A stretch of DNA of 40,113 nt from Flavobacteriales bacterium (GCA_012960835.1 DUAL01000074.1:1-40113), one strand, 5' to 3'; numbered from the stretch's first letter, positions 17,889 through 26,978 are shown. Made by a program: numbers and translations. Notes: generated by a model from the letters alone, not told the origin.

Positions 17889-18335
17889 ATGGAAATTAAA
17901 CCGTTTAATGATATTTATTTTATGAAAGAAGCATTGAAAGAGGCTGAGAAAGCATACGATAAAGATGAAGTTCCTGTTGGGGCTGTTATTGTTTGCGAGA
18001 ATCAGATTATTGCCCGAGCTCATAATTATACTGAGGCACTAAATGATGTAACCGCTCATGCCGAAATGCAAGCTTTTACTGCTGCTGCTGATTATTTAGG
18101 AGGAAAATACCTAAACGAATGCACACTTTATGTTACCCTTGAACCCTGCATAATGTGTGGTGGAGCTGCTTATTGGGCACAACTAAAAAAGGTAGTCTAT
18201 GGGGCAAAAGATGAAAAAAGAGGTTTTTCTTCTTTAGCAGAAAATATCCTGCACCCAAAAACCGAAATTGAAAGTGGTTTACTGCAAGAAGGATGCTCAA
18301 AATTATTGTCCGATTTTTTTAAAAGTAAAAGGTAA
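17889..18335 (+). CDS. tadA: tRNA adenosine(34) deaminase
   Basis: Zinc motifs HAEMQA and PCIMCGGA. 148 aa from ATG 17889. The track start at 17847 lies upstream of the box and overlaps the aspS promoter region. Confidence 0.9.
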   Translation: MEIKPFNDIYFMKEALKEAEKAYDKDEVPVGAVIVCENQIIARAHNYTEALNDVTAHAEMQAFTAAADYLGGKYLNECTLYVTLEPCIMCGGAAYWAQLKKVVYGAKDEKRGFSSLAENILHPKTEIESGLLQEGCSKLLSDFFKSKR

Positions 18336-18342
18336 ATAAGCG

Positions 18343-18350
18343 TATTTTTG
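18343..18350 (+). promoter_or_regulatory. putative -7 box TATTTTTG for the brx-ctaB-DUF420 unit
   Basis: 16 nt upstream of ATG 18367. Confidence 0.4.
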
Positions 18351-18366
18351 CCAAAAAATTACAATT

Positions 18367-18780
18367 ATGTATCCAGAAGAAATGTGTGCACCTATGCGTG
18401 AAGATTTAACCTCAGTAGGGTTTATTGCTTTACGTACTCCTGAATCAGTATCCGAACTATTAGATAAAAAAGAAGGTACCGTTTTAGTGATGGTAAATTC
18501 AGTGTGTGGTTGTGCGGCTGGTAATGCACGTCCGGCTGTAAAAATGACAACAGAGTTTGCTAAAAAAGTAGATACTTTTGCAACTGTTTTTGCAGGGCAA
18601 GATATTGAAGCAACTGCTAAAGCCAGAGAATACATGGCTCCATTTCCTCCCTCATCACCATCAATTGCTGTGTTTAAAGACGGTAAATTAGTTCACTGTA
18701 TTGAGCGTCATCATATTGAAGGAAGGTCAGCTGAAATGATTGCTGATAATTTGAAAGATTGTTTCGATAACATCTGCTAA
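18367..18780 (+). CDS. BrxA/BrxB-type bacilliredoxin (DUF1094, YphP/YqiW family)
   Basis: 137 aa, thioredoxin-like, with the diagnostic CGC redox motif (VNSVCGCAAGNARP). Confidence 0.8.
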   Translation: MYPEEMCAPMREDLTSVGFIALRTPESVSELLDKKEGTVLVMVNSVCGCAAGNARPAVKMTTEFAKKVDTFATVFAGQDIEATAKAREYMAPFPPSSPSIAVFKDGKLVHCIERHHIEGRSAEMIADNLKDCFDNIC

Positions 18781-18820
18781 TAGCAATCCTCTGATTTCAA
18801 CTCTAAAATATTATGGGCAG

Positions 18821-19669
18821 TTGATGAAATTTCGCCTTTCAGCAACAGTTGTGTTTTCAGCTGTAATAGGGTATTTATTAGGGGCTGAAAGTCTTTCTCT
18901 TTTTGCTATTTCTTATCTGATAATTGGCGGTATTTTAGTAACAGGTTCGGCAAATGCATTCAATCAGATATTGGAGCAAAAGCACGATAAACTCATGGAG
19001 AGAACAGCTCAGAGACCTTTACCATTAGGGAATTTATCCTCACCTCAAGCCTTAGTTTTTGCTACTCTTATTGGTGGTATTGGTTTATTGGCATTGTACA
19101 GTGTTGTCCCAGGAGGTTTTAAAAGTTGCTTGTTTGGGGTGCTGTCAATATTACTATATGTTTTAGTGTATACCCCATTAAAACGGATATCACCTATCGC
19201 TATTTTTGTAGGTGCTTTCCCTGGGGCAATTCCCATTCTACTAGGATGGGTAGCGGCAACTAACGATTTTAGCCTTGTAGCAGGAGTGCTATTTGCTGTT
19301 CAGTTTTGTTGGCAATTTCCTCATTTTATTGCTATCTCTTGGGTGCAAGATGCAGAATATAAAAAAGCTGGATTTAAAATGATGTATGGAGGAAAAAAAG
19401 GAAAATACCCTGCACTTATTTCAATAGTTGCGTCCCTATTTATGACAATCATTTCCGTTATACCATTTTTTTGGAATTATACCGATTTAACACTTTCAGT
19501 GTATGGCGCAAGTTCAGTATTTGTTTTAGGTATTTGGTTTACACTTAAATCCGTCAAACTATATAATAATACTGACGATAAGAGCGCATTAAAAGTAATG
19601 CTAAGCTCATTTGCCTACTTGCCTATTATGCAAATTATCTATGTGCTGGATAAATTTTTAATGCAATAA
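18821..19669 (+). CDS. ctaB: protoheme IX farnesyltransferase (heme O synthase)
   Basis: UbiA-fold polyprenyltransferase with NAFNQILEQKHDKLMERTAQRPLP (NxxxDxxxD-like) and multiple TM helices. TTG 18821 is immediately followed by ATG 18824. The N-terminus is uncertain (see finding). Confidence 0.88.
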   Translation: MMKFRLSATVVFSAVIGYLLGAESLSLFAISYLIIGGILVTGSANAFNQILEQKHDKLMERTAQRPLPLGNLSSPQALVFATLIGGIGLLALYSVVPGGFKSCLFGVLSILLYVLVYTPLKRISPIAIFVGAFPGAIPILLGWVAATNDFSLVAGVLFAVQFCWQFPHFIAISWVQDAEYKKAGFKMMYGGKKGKYPALISIVASLFMTIISVIPFFWNYTDLTLSVYGASSVFVLGIWFTLKSVKLYNNTDDKSALKVMLSSFAYLPIMQIIYVLDKFLMQ

Positions 19670-19675
19670 AAAAAG

Positions 19676-20209
19676 ATGAAAAAACAAGATTCAATATTTG
19701 TACCACTGATTATTGCTTTGTCGGTAATTATTCCAATTGCAGTTGCGGTATTAATGTTATTCCCAACTGTTTTTCATATCGAGTCAGAAAGCATTGACTT
19801 TAGCTCATTGCCTTTCTTTCATGCCATCTTGAATGGATCAACAGCTGTTTTACTATTCACAGGTTTTATCCTGATAAAAAATAAAAAAACGAATTTGCAT
19901 AAAGCAGCCATGTTATCTGCTTTTGTGTTGTCATCCGTATTTTTAATTTCTTATGTTTTCTCAAAATTAGTACTTGATCACGGAAACACAAAATATTTAG
20001 GAGAATATATAATTACTTATCGTTTCATTCTTATTTCTCACATCTTGTTGTCAATTCCTGTTTTGCCATTGGCAATGTTTTCAATATACAGGGGGTTGAC
20101 TGGTGAAATAGAGAAACACAAAGCTATTGTAAAATGGACTTTCCCAATATGGATGTATGTGGCGATTACGGGTGTTTTGGTGTATGTATTTATGGCGCCT
20201 TATTATTAA
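19676..20209 (+). CDS. DUF420-family membrane protein (CtaM-like)
   Basis: 177 aa, 4-5 TM helices. FHAILNGSTAVLLFTGFILIKNKK...HKAAMLSAF matches my memory of DUF420. Confidence 0.7.
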   Translation: MKKQDSIFVPLIIALSVIIPIAVAVLMLFPTVFHIESESIDFSSLPFFHAILNGSTAVLLFTGFILIKNKKTNLHKAAMLSAFVLSSVFLISYVFSKLVLDHGNTKYLGEYIITYRFILISHILLSIPVLPLAMFSIYRGLTGEIEKHKAIVKWTFPIWMYVAITGVLVYVFMAPYY

Positions 20210-20212
20210 GAT

Positions 20213-20503
20213 TTATTTTTTAAGCACAGTAGATACTTTAAAATAGTCAGAATCTTTCTGAGGGGCATTTTTCAGAGCTTCCACTTGTGAGATAACTGCT
20301 CGTATTTCATCTTCCCTCAGCACATTTACTTCTTCACTTAAATAAATAAGCGGTTCAACACCTTCCGTGTCAATCTCACTTAATTTATCTACAAAACCAA
20401 TAATTTTTTCCAAATCAGCTTTCATTAGTTCAGCTGATTTTGCATCAAATTCCAACTTTGCCAAAGCGGCAATATCTTCTATTAGTTTGTTAGTTATTTT
20501 CAT
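20213..20503 (-). CDS. gatC: Asp-tRNA(Asn)/Glu-tRNA(Gln) amidotransferase subunit C
   Basis: 96 aa. IAALAKLEF...DLEKIIGFVDKLSEIDTEGVEP is typical GatC. 14-nt overlap with the plsC 3' end. Confidence 0.88.
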   Translation of the reverse strand: MKITNKLIEDIAALAKLEFDAKSAELMKADLEKIIGFVDKLSEIDTEGVEPLIYLSEEVNVLREDEIRAVISQVEALKNAPQKDSDYFKVSTVLKK

Positions 20504-21224
20504 CTCTTTTCAATTGTTCAAAAATAGTATTGTAAACTGTGTTATTCAAATTTTCTAAGGAATTGTTTTCATTTATTTTAATAGGCGCATGAATTTTAAT
20601 CCTTACAATTCCTGGCCTTCCTTTAAAATATTCTTGGGGAAATATTTTTTTATTATCAGCCAAAGTGATTGGTACAATTTTTACACTTTTTTCAATAGCT
20701 AAACGGAAAGGTCCGTTTTTAAATGGTTTTAAAAAAACTTCTTTTTTAGGAATTCCTCCTTCCGGAAAAATACACATACTAATCCCCTCATCTAATTTAA
20801 TTCCTGCCTTAATAAAAGCAGCATAAGTATCTCTTATTTTGCTTCTATCTACAATTACACTATTGTTTTTATAAAACCAGCCAAATAGGGGAATGCTTGC
20901 AATTTCAGCTTTTCCCATAAATTGTAAAGGGATTGGCAATACTGCCAGAATAAGGGGAATGTCTAATGTAGAAACATGATTAGGGCAAAATATATAATGT
21001 TCATCTTTGCTCAACTTTTCTTCCCACTCAACTTTTGGAAAAATAAAGGATAAACAAAGTGTTAGTTTTGACCAATAGCGAGCTAAGTGGCAAACTGTTT
21101 TATGATTTTGACAGATGGAAGTGAAGAAAAAAAGAAGCGGAATAAAAATCAAAAAACCACTAAAAAATACCAGTAAAAACCACAGTCGCCAAAGCGTACT
21201 AAAAAGATACCCTATCCATTTCAT
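20490..21224 (-). CDS. plsC: 1-acyl-sn-glycerol-3-phosphate acyltransferase
   Basis: HXXXXD motif NHVSTLD and FPEGG motif, with an N-terminal membrane anchor. 244 aa. Confidence 0.88.
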   Translation of the reverse strand: MKWIGYLFSTLWRLWFLLVFFSGFLIFIPLLFFFTSICQNHKTVCHLARYWSKLTLCLSFIFPKVEWEEKLSKDEHYIFCPNHVSTLDIPLILAVLPIPLQFMGKAEIASIPLFGWFYKNNSVIVDRSKIRDTYAAFIKAGIKLDEGISMCIFPEGGIPKKEVFLKPFKNGPFRLAIEKSVKIVPITLADNKKIFPQEYFKGRPGIVRIKIHAPIKINENNSLENLNNTVYNTIFEQLKRDENN

Positions 21225-21228
21225 TCGG

Positions 21229-21236
21229 CAAAGATA
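21229..21236 (-). promoter_or_regulatory. putative -7 box TATCTTTG(C) 4 nt from the plsC start, with -33 TTTG 21 nt upstream
   Basis: Minus strand reads TTTG(21261-21258), 21 nt, TATCTTTG-CCGA-ATG(21224). Confidence 0.5.
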
Positions 21237-21272
21237 AAAATCCTATTTTTACAACATCAAATATTATTGTTA

Positions 21273-22241
21273 ATGGCAAGAATACTTACAGGAATAAAAA
21301 GCACAGGAAGACCACATTTAGGTAATTTGTTGGGTGCGATAATTCCTGCAATAGCACTTTCAAAAGATAATAAAAATGAAAGTTTATTTTTTATTGCGGA
21401 TTTGCACTCTTTTACTACAATAAGGGATGCCCAAGAATTAAAAGAAAATACTTATGCCATTGCTGCTGCTTGGCTTGCTTTTGGTTTTGATACAGATAAA
21501 AATTTGTTTTATCGGCAGTCGGATGTTACTGAGGTAACCGAACTGACTTGGTTTTTGAACTGCTTCACGCCTTTCCCTATGCTTGCCAATGCACATTCCT
21601 TTAAAGATAAATCGGATAAATTATCGGATGTAAATGCAGGGCTTTTTACTTATCCAGTTTTGATGGCGGCTGATATTTTGTTGTATGATGCTAACATAGT
21701 TCCTGTTGGGAAAGACCAAATGCAGCATTTGGAAATCACTCGTGATATTGCCGGAGCTTTCAATCATAAATATCCAAACTCTTTTGTAATTCCTGAAACA
21801 AAAGTAGATGAAAGAGTGATGATTGTACCGGGAACTGACGGACAAAAAATGAGTAAATCCTATAATAATGGCATTGATATTTTCCTATCGGACAAGAAAT
21901 TAAAGAAGCAAATAATGGGCATAAAAACAGATTCTACGCCAATGGAAGAGAAGAAAAATGCGGAGGATTGTAATGTATTTCAATTGTATAAATTATTGGC
22001 TACTGAAAAGCAATCAGAAAATTTAAAAGCAAAATATGCTGCTGGTAATTTTGGTTATGGCCATGCAAAACAAGAACTCTTTGATTTGATTTGTGATAAA
22101 TATACGGCAGAGAGAGAAAAGTTTAATCACCTAATGGAAAACAAAGATATTATTGAAAAAGAACTCCAAAAAGGAGCAGAAAAAGCTAGGGTAATTGCTC
22201 GTGAGGTTTTAACAAGAGTGAGAACAAATATTGGCTATTGA
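21273..22241 (+). CDS. trpS: tryptophan--tRNA ligase
   Basis: HIGH-type GRPHLGN and KMSKS. The track starts at TTG 21267; ATG 21273 (MARILTGIKSTG) is preferred. Confidence 0.93.
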   Translation: MARILTGIKSTGRPHLGNLLGAIIPAIALSKDNKNESLFFIADLHSFTTIRDAQELKENTYAIAAAWLAFGFDTDKNLFYRQSDVTEVTELTWFLNCFTPFPMLANAHSFKDKSDKLSDVNAGLFTYPVLMAADILLYDANIVPVGKDQMQHLEITRDIAGAFNHKYPNSFVIPETKVDERVMIVPGTDGQKMSKSYNNGIDIFLSDKKLKKQIMGIKTDSTPMEEKKNAEDCNVFQLYKLLATEKQSENLKAKYAAGNFGYGHAKQELFDLICDKYTAEREKFNHLMENKDIIEKELQKGAEKARVIAREVLTRVRTNIGY

Positions 22242-22653
22242 TAAACGAATTATCGATTTTATAAAAGCACATCACCTTCTTGCATTAGCGACAAGCAAAG
22301 ACAACACGCCCTATTGTGCCAATTGCTTTTATGTGTATGATGAAAAGAAAAATTGGCTGATTTTTTCTTCCGATACCAAAACCAGACACGCCCAAGATTT
22401 TATAGCAAACCCAAATGTGGCCGGAACCATTGCACTAGAAACAAAAGAGATAAGTAAAATACAAGGGGTGCAATTGCTGGGAACAATATTAGAATTAAGA
22501 GAAGAGGAATTGAAAATTGCTAAAACAAAATACTTAAAAGCATTTCCTTATGCAGAAAAAATGAAAGCCCAACTTTGGGCAATGCAACTTACTTTTATAA
22601 AAATGACACATAATAAATTAGGATTTGGGAAGAAGTTAGTTTGGCAGAAATAA
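22231..22653 (+). CDS. YhbP/UPF0306-like pyridoxamine 5'-phosphate oxidase-fold protein
   Basis: 140 aa. YCANCFY..., TKTRHAQDF and the C-terminal LGFGKKLVWQK closely parallel E. coli YhbP as I recall it. The TTG start overlaps the trpS end by 11 nt. Confidence 0.75.
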   Translation: MAIDKRIIDFIKAHHLLALATSKDNTPYCANCFYVYDEKKNWLIFSSDTKTRHAQDFIANPNVAGTIALETKEISKIQGVQLLGTILELREEELKIAKTKYLKAFPYAEKMKAQLWAMQLTFIKMTHNKLGFGKKLVWQK

Positions 22654-23919
22654 CTATCTGTTTCTATACTTCTCAAAAAGCTCCTTTTGGTGGTTGTTTA
22701 AATCTATTGGCTTTCCTTTAATAAAAGCATTTTCCACATTGTTTGTTCTCATATCTAGTGCATCCCCTGTGCTAATAAAAAAAGTAGCCTCTTTTCCATG
22801 TTCAATGGAGCCAACTTGCGTATCTATTCCTAAAATTTTGGCGGTATTTAAAGTAATTGCAGAAATGGCATCTTCATAATCCAGACCATAAGCCACAGTA
22901 GTACCGGCTGAAAAGGGCAAGTTTCTGGCACCCATTGCTTCCATATCCCCTTCATAGCTAAGACAAAACAAAATCCCTGCTTCTTTTAATTTTTTACTTT
23001 GTGTAAACGGTTCATCAATGGGGCTATCTTGGCTTTCGGGAAGTCGGTGCACCCTATTTAAAATTAAGGAAATATTTTTTTCTTTCAGTAAATCCACAAT
23101 TTTTAAGGCATCTTCCGCCCCAACAATTACTACTTTTTTGATGTGTAATTCGCTTGTCATTTTAATTGCTTTTCGCATATCTTTGGCATAATCGGCATGT
23201 ATGTAAAGCGTTTTACTTCCACTGAAAAGCCCTTTCATGCTTTCCATTCGCAAATCCATAATATTAGCCGACTTGGCATAGGCCTCTGCTTTTGTAAAAA
23301 AGGTTTTTATCTCCTGAGTTCGCTTATTATATTTATCATTCTTTTTACTTTCTCCTGGCTCTGCCCACCAACCACTATAATGATAAGAATTAGGCCAATT
23401 CAGATGCAAGCCATCATCCGCCCTAAGCACTGCATCTTCCCAATTCCAACCATCTAAATGAATTACAGAAGATTGCCCAGAAATGGTTCCCCCTCTTGGC
23501 GTAACTTGGGCTATAAGCACTCCATTGCTTCTAATGGTTGTAATAATTTTTGAATCGGTATTATAAGCAATAAGTGAGCGAACATTCGGATTAAGTGCTC
23601 CCGTTTCTCTATAATCATGCGTAGCCCTTACCTGCCCAATTTCAGTAATTCCTAAGGTAGTATTTGGCACAATAAAAGCAGGGTAAATGTGCTTGCCGTT
23701 TAGCTTGATTATGGTATCGTAAGCAGTAGGGTTTATTCGGATAATACTTGCGTCAGCTACCAAAGAGAATTTTCCATCTTCCACACTTATGGCAGAGTTC
23801 TCAATTTTTAGTCCGTTTCCTAAATGAGCTATACCGCCCAAATACAAAACATGACTTTGTGCAAAAATAGTTTGTACAAAAGCGATACAGAATATAAATA
23901 CAATCAGTTTTCTTATCAT
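22654..23919 (-). CDS. secreted amidohydrolase-fold protein with apparently degenerate active site
   Basis: Signal peptide (..TIFA|QS). Amidohydrolase-like N- and C-terminal beta-sandwich segments (GKHIYPAFI...; GSIEHGKEATFFISTGD). PNTTLG occupies the place of the HxH metal motif and AGTT the place of the catalytic Asp. Confidence 0.75.
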   Translation of the reverse strand: MIRKLIVFIFCIAFVQTIFAQSHVLYLGGIAHLGNGLKIENSAISVEDGKFSLVADASIIRINPTAYDTIIKLNGKHIYPAFIVPNTTLGITEIGQVRATHDYRETGALNPNVRSLIAYNTDSKIITTIRSNGVLIAQVTPRGGTISGQSSVIHLDGWNWEDAVLRADDGLHLNWPNSYHYSGWWAEPGESKKNDKYNKRTQEIKTFFTKAEAYAKSANIMDLRMESMKGLFSGSKTLYIHADYAKDMRKAIKMTSELHIKKVVIVGAEDALKIVDLLKEKNISLILNRVHRLPESQDSPIDEPFTQSKKLKEAGILFCLSYEGDMEAMGARNLPFSAGTTVAYGLDYEDAISAITLNTAKILGIDTQVGSIEHGKEATFFISTGDALDMRTNNVENAFIKGKPIDLNNHQKELFEKYRNR

Positions 23920-26891
23920 GGTTCTAAGGTTTCACAATGGTATAGTTTTTCTTCTTTTTTTTCTGGTTTCTTCTTTTTACCTTTATCACTTATCATTTTT
24001 TTAATGATACGCATTCTCTCACTCAAATTTTGCTCTCTTAATTGTATATCTCTATCCTTATCAAATAGACTAATACCATCCACATAAGTTTGTTCTGCTT
24101 TAGCGTAAACCGATAAAGGATTATTGGACCAAATGACAATGTCGGCATCTTTCCCCACTTTTATGGAGCCCATTCTATCTTCCAAATGCAAGAGTTTTGC
24201 AGGGTTAAGTGTAATCATTTTCCAAGCATCTTCCTCAGTTGTTGCCCCATATTTCACTGCTTTTGCAGCCTCCTGATTTAGGCGCCTTCCCATTTCGGCA
24301 TCATCCGAATTGATGGCCGTAACCACCCCAGCATTATTCATCAATGTCGCATTATAAGGAATCGCATCATTCACTTCAAATTTGTATGCCCACCAATCAG
24401 AAAAAGTAGAGCCGCCTGCTCCATGTTTGACCAATTTGTCGGCTATTTTATAGCCTTCCAATATATGGGTGAAGGTATTAATGGAAAAACGCATGGAATC
24501 CGCCACATGCATTAGCATATTTATTTCCGATTGCACATAGGAATGACAAGTAACAAATCGTTCACTTTTCAAAATTTCAACCAGTACATTAAGTTCTAAA
24601 TCTTCTCTTGGCGATTCTGATTTTCTTTTCATTCCACTTGGCATGGCATTATACAAATCCCACTCCAATTGGTAAGTTCTTGCCCTGTAAAATGCATCAT
24701 AAAAAACTTGCTCAACCCCCATTCTGGTTTGTGGGAATCGCACCTTATTAAAATCGCCCCAATTGGATTGTTTTACATTTTCGCCTAATGCAAATTTGAT
24801 AAAACCATCTGCACCATCAATTTTCATTTCTTCGGCACTACTTCCCCATCTTAGTTTTATCAGAGCCGATTGCCCACCAATAGGGTTGGCCGAACCATGC
24901 AAAAGTTGTGAAGTAGTAACCCCTCCTGAAAGCTGACGATAAATATTAATATCATTTGCATTTATTACATCTCCTATTCGCACCTCAGCTGTAACCGCTT
25001 GACTGCTTTCATTTACCCCTCTTCTAATGGCAATATGGGAATGTTCATCAATTATACCACAAGTGATGTGCTTGCTGCTCGCATCAATTGTTTTTACGGT
25101 TACCTCTTTATCTAAAATTTCAGAAAGGTCAATTTCTTTTCCAATTGCAATAATTTTTCCATCTTTTATTACAACATCAGTATTTTCCAATATTCCTTCT
25201 GATTCGTTTGTCCACACTGTCGCATTTTTGAAAATGATAATTTCAGTTGTTGGCTTTTGTATAAACCCATAGGATTTATTAGGCATCCAGATTTTCGGGA
25301 TAATACTATCTGTTTCTACTGTTATTTCTTTTTTCTTTTCTACAAAAAGAGAATCCCGCACCATTGAAAAAGTATGGAAAATACCATCTGCATCTTGATA
25401 TCTTCCACTTATTTTTCTAGCAGAAAAAGTTCCAGCCAAACGAAAATTGCCTTCCTTTGTATTTACACTTATTTCATTTTCCGAAAAAGAAGTTTTAAGA
25501 GGTAATGAGTCCAATAAAAAGAGGATTGCTTTTGGCTTTTCCTTTGTTCCTTTTATGCTTACCATTTCATTTTCAAACTCATCAGAATTGAGCGTATAAT
25601 ATCCTCTTATATCAATTTCTTGTTTTTTGTTTACCACATATTTTTTCCCAGCAACCCAATTTTCATAAATAACGCCATCTTCAAAAATATCTTTTGAGCA
25701 AATAATAAAATTAGCAAACTTATCAGATTCAATACTCCCAATTAAGTTTTCAGCATTTACAAATTGAGCTGGAATTATTGTTAAAGCGGCAAGCGCATCC
25801 TTTTTAGAAAGACCTCTTTTTATAGCTTTTCGCAAATGAGTCAGAAAATCTTTAGTGTTTTTGTGCCCCGAACTTGTAAGCGAAAATACAATGTCATTAT
25901 TGGCTAAAATAGCAGGATTATAAGGGGCGGTTTCCCAGTGTTTTAGTTGTTCGAGCGTAATGTTTTCAGCTTCCTCAGGATTTGCTACCTCATAGCTTTT
26001 AGGAAAATTGAGCGGTAAAATAAAAGAGAAGTCCGTTTCCTTAATTATATCCAACTGTTTATACTCATCCCCATTTCCTTTGATAATATAATCCACTTCA
26101 AATTCATCTGCTATTTTATAAATTCGTGAAATATCAAAAGCATCTTTTACTTCAAAAATTTGGGGTAAATTTTGCCCACTGTTAAATGCTTCAAACGAAT
26201 AATTAATATCTTTAACTCCCTGGCTGTACCACTCTGCATCCAAATAAGTTTGCCTAAGCAGAGCAATACTTCCCATCAGGGAAGTAGGGTATCTCTGGCT
26301 GGAACTTCCTTTATTAAAAGAGTAATGGGCAGCCGCATTTTTTATCAAAATGTTTTGATGTTCCTTTTCTTCCGAGAGTAAAACCAATCCACCAGTGCCT
26401 CTAACTATTCCATCTTGTTGGTGGCTAAGCACTGTGCCAAATCCGATACTTCTTAAGCTTATAGCTTTTTTTCTGTCGTTTTTAAAATGGTTTGCAGCAA
26501 TAATTTCTGGATGAATGGCTTGGTTCCAATGAAAAGCGCCCTCTTTTTTGCTAGTATATTGTGGACGGTTGCTATGCTCCCTTTCAGCTGTTTTTGGCAA
26601 ACCATATTGGGTATTTAAATCGATAAAAGAAGCATAAATATAATCGCCCTTTAAATCTTTTACTATTGCACCTGTGGGGATTTGCACTACAGTATCTGCT
26701 TCCAGTATTTTATTTCCCTGAATCAATAAAATACCATTTTTTATTTCCTTATCAGAACTTACAATATGCGCATTTATAAAAGCATAAATTGGTTCGAACT
26801 CAGTTGCTACTCCATTTACCGGAAATGTTTCTTGTCCAAAAGCGGAAAGGTAAAAAACAGAAAGTAAAATAATGAATATTCGTTTTATCAT
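23916..26891 (-). CDS. secreted two-module amidohydrolase-family protein (degenerate N-module plus intact C-module)
   Basis: 991 aa with signal peptide (..SAFG|QE). The C-terminal module carries IIDEHSHIA (HxH) and AINSDDAEMG. The N-terminal ~420 aa resemble the downstream 421-aa protein and lack HxH (FIDLNTQYG). ATGA overlap with the downstream gene. Confidence 0.85.
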   Translation of the reverse strand: MIKRIFIILLSVFYLSAFGQETFPVNGVATEFEPIYAFINAHIVSSDKEIKNGILLIQGNKILEADTVVQIPTGAIVKDLKGDYIYASFIDLNTQYGLPKTAEREHSNRPQYTSKKEGAFHWNQAIHPEIIAANHFKNDRKKAISLRSIGFGTVLSHQQDGIVRGTGGLVLLSEEKEHQNILIKNAAAHYSFNKGSSSQRYPTSLMGSIALLRQTYLDAEWYSQGVKDINYSFEAFNSGQNLPQIFEVKDAFDISRIYKIADEFEVDYIIKGNGDEYKQLDIIKETDFSFILPLNFPKSYEVANPEEAENITLEQLKHWETAPYNPAILANNDIVFSLTSSGHKNTKDFLTHLRKAIKRGLSKKDALAALTIIPAQFVNAENLIGSIESDKFANFIICSKDIFEDGVIYENWVAGKKYVVNKKQEIDIRGYYTLNSDEFENEMVSIKGTKEKPKAILFLLDSLPLKTSFSENEISVNTKEGNFRLAGTFSARKISGRYQDADGIFHTFSMVRDSLFVEKKKEITVETDSIIPKIWMPNKSYGFIQKPTTEIIIFKNATVWTNESEGILENTDVVIKDGKIIAIGKEIDLSEILDKEVTVKTIDASSKHITCGIIDEHSHIAIRRGVNESSQAVTAEVRIGDVINANDINIYRQLSGGVTTSQLLHGSANPIGGQSALIKLRWGSSAEEMKIDGADGFIKFALGENVKQSNWGDFNKVRFPQTRMGVEQVFYDAFYRARTYQLEWDLYNAMPSGMKRKSESPREDLELNVLVEILKSERFVTCHSYVQSEINMLMHVADSMRFSINTFTHILEGYKIADKLVKHGAGGSTFSDWWAYKFEVNDAIPYNATLMNNAGVVTAINSDDAEMGRRLNQEAAKAVKYGATTEEDAWKMITLNPAKLLHLEDRMGSIKVGKDADIVIWSNNPLSVYAKAEQTYVDGISLFDKDRDIQLREQNLSERMRIIKKMISDKGKKKKPEKKEEKLYHCETLEP

Positions 26892-26970
26892 TATGGTAAA
26901 ATTAAAGCCGTGAATTTACAGATTTTTTATAAAGTGCCATGCATTTAAAAATCAATCTGTATAAAATTGG

Positions 26971-26978
26971 TATATTTG
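26971..26978 (+). promoter_or_regulatory. putative -7 box TATATTTG for the membrane-protein/hflX unit
   Basis: 21 nt upstream of ATG 27000. The track TTG start 26967 lies upstream of the box. Confidence 0.4.

Noticed and set aside
17832-18023. 64-aa N-terminal extension of the aspS ORF (track 16089..18023)
   Set aside because: The extension is hydrophobic and low-complexity, and unlike any AspRS N-terminus. It overlaps tadA on the opposite strand and runs through both promoter boxes. The family N-terminus MLRTHNCG begins at ATG 17831.
18303-18635. 110-aa antisense ORF across the tadA end and the bacilliredoxin gene
   Set aside because: It spans an intergenic promoter and is antisense to a well-supported CGC-motif redoxin. 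No family resemblance.
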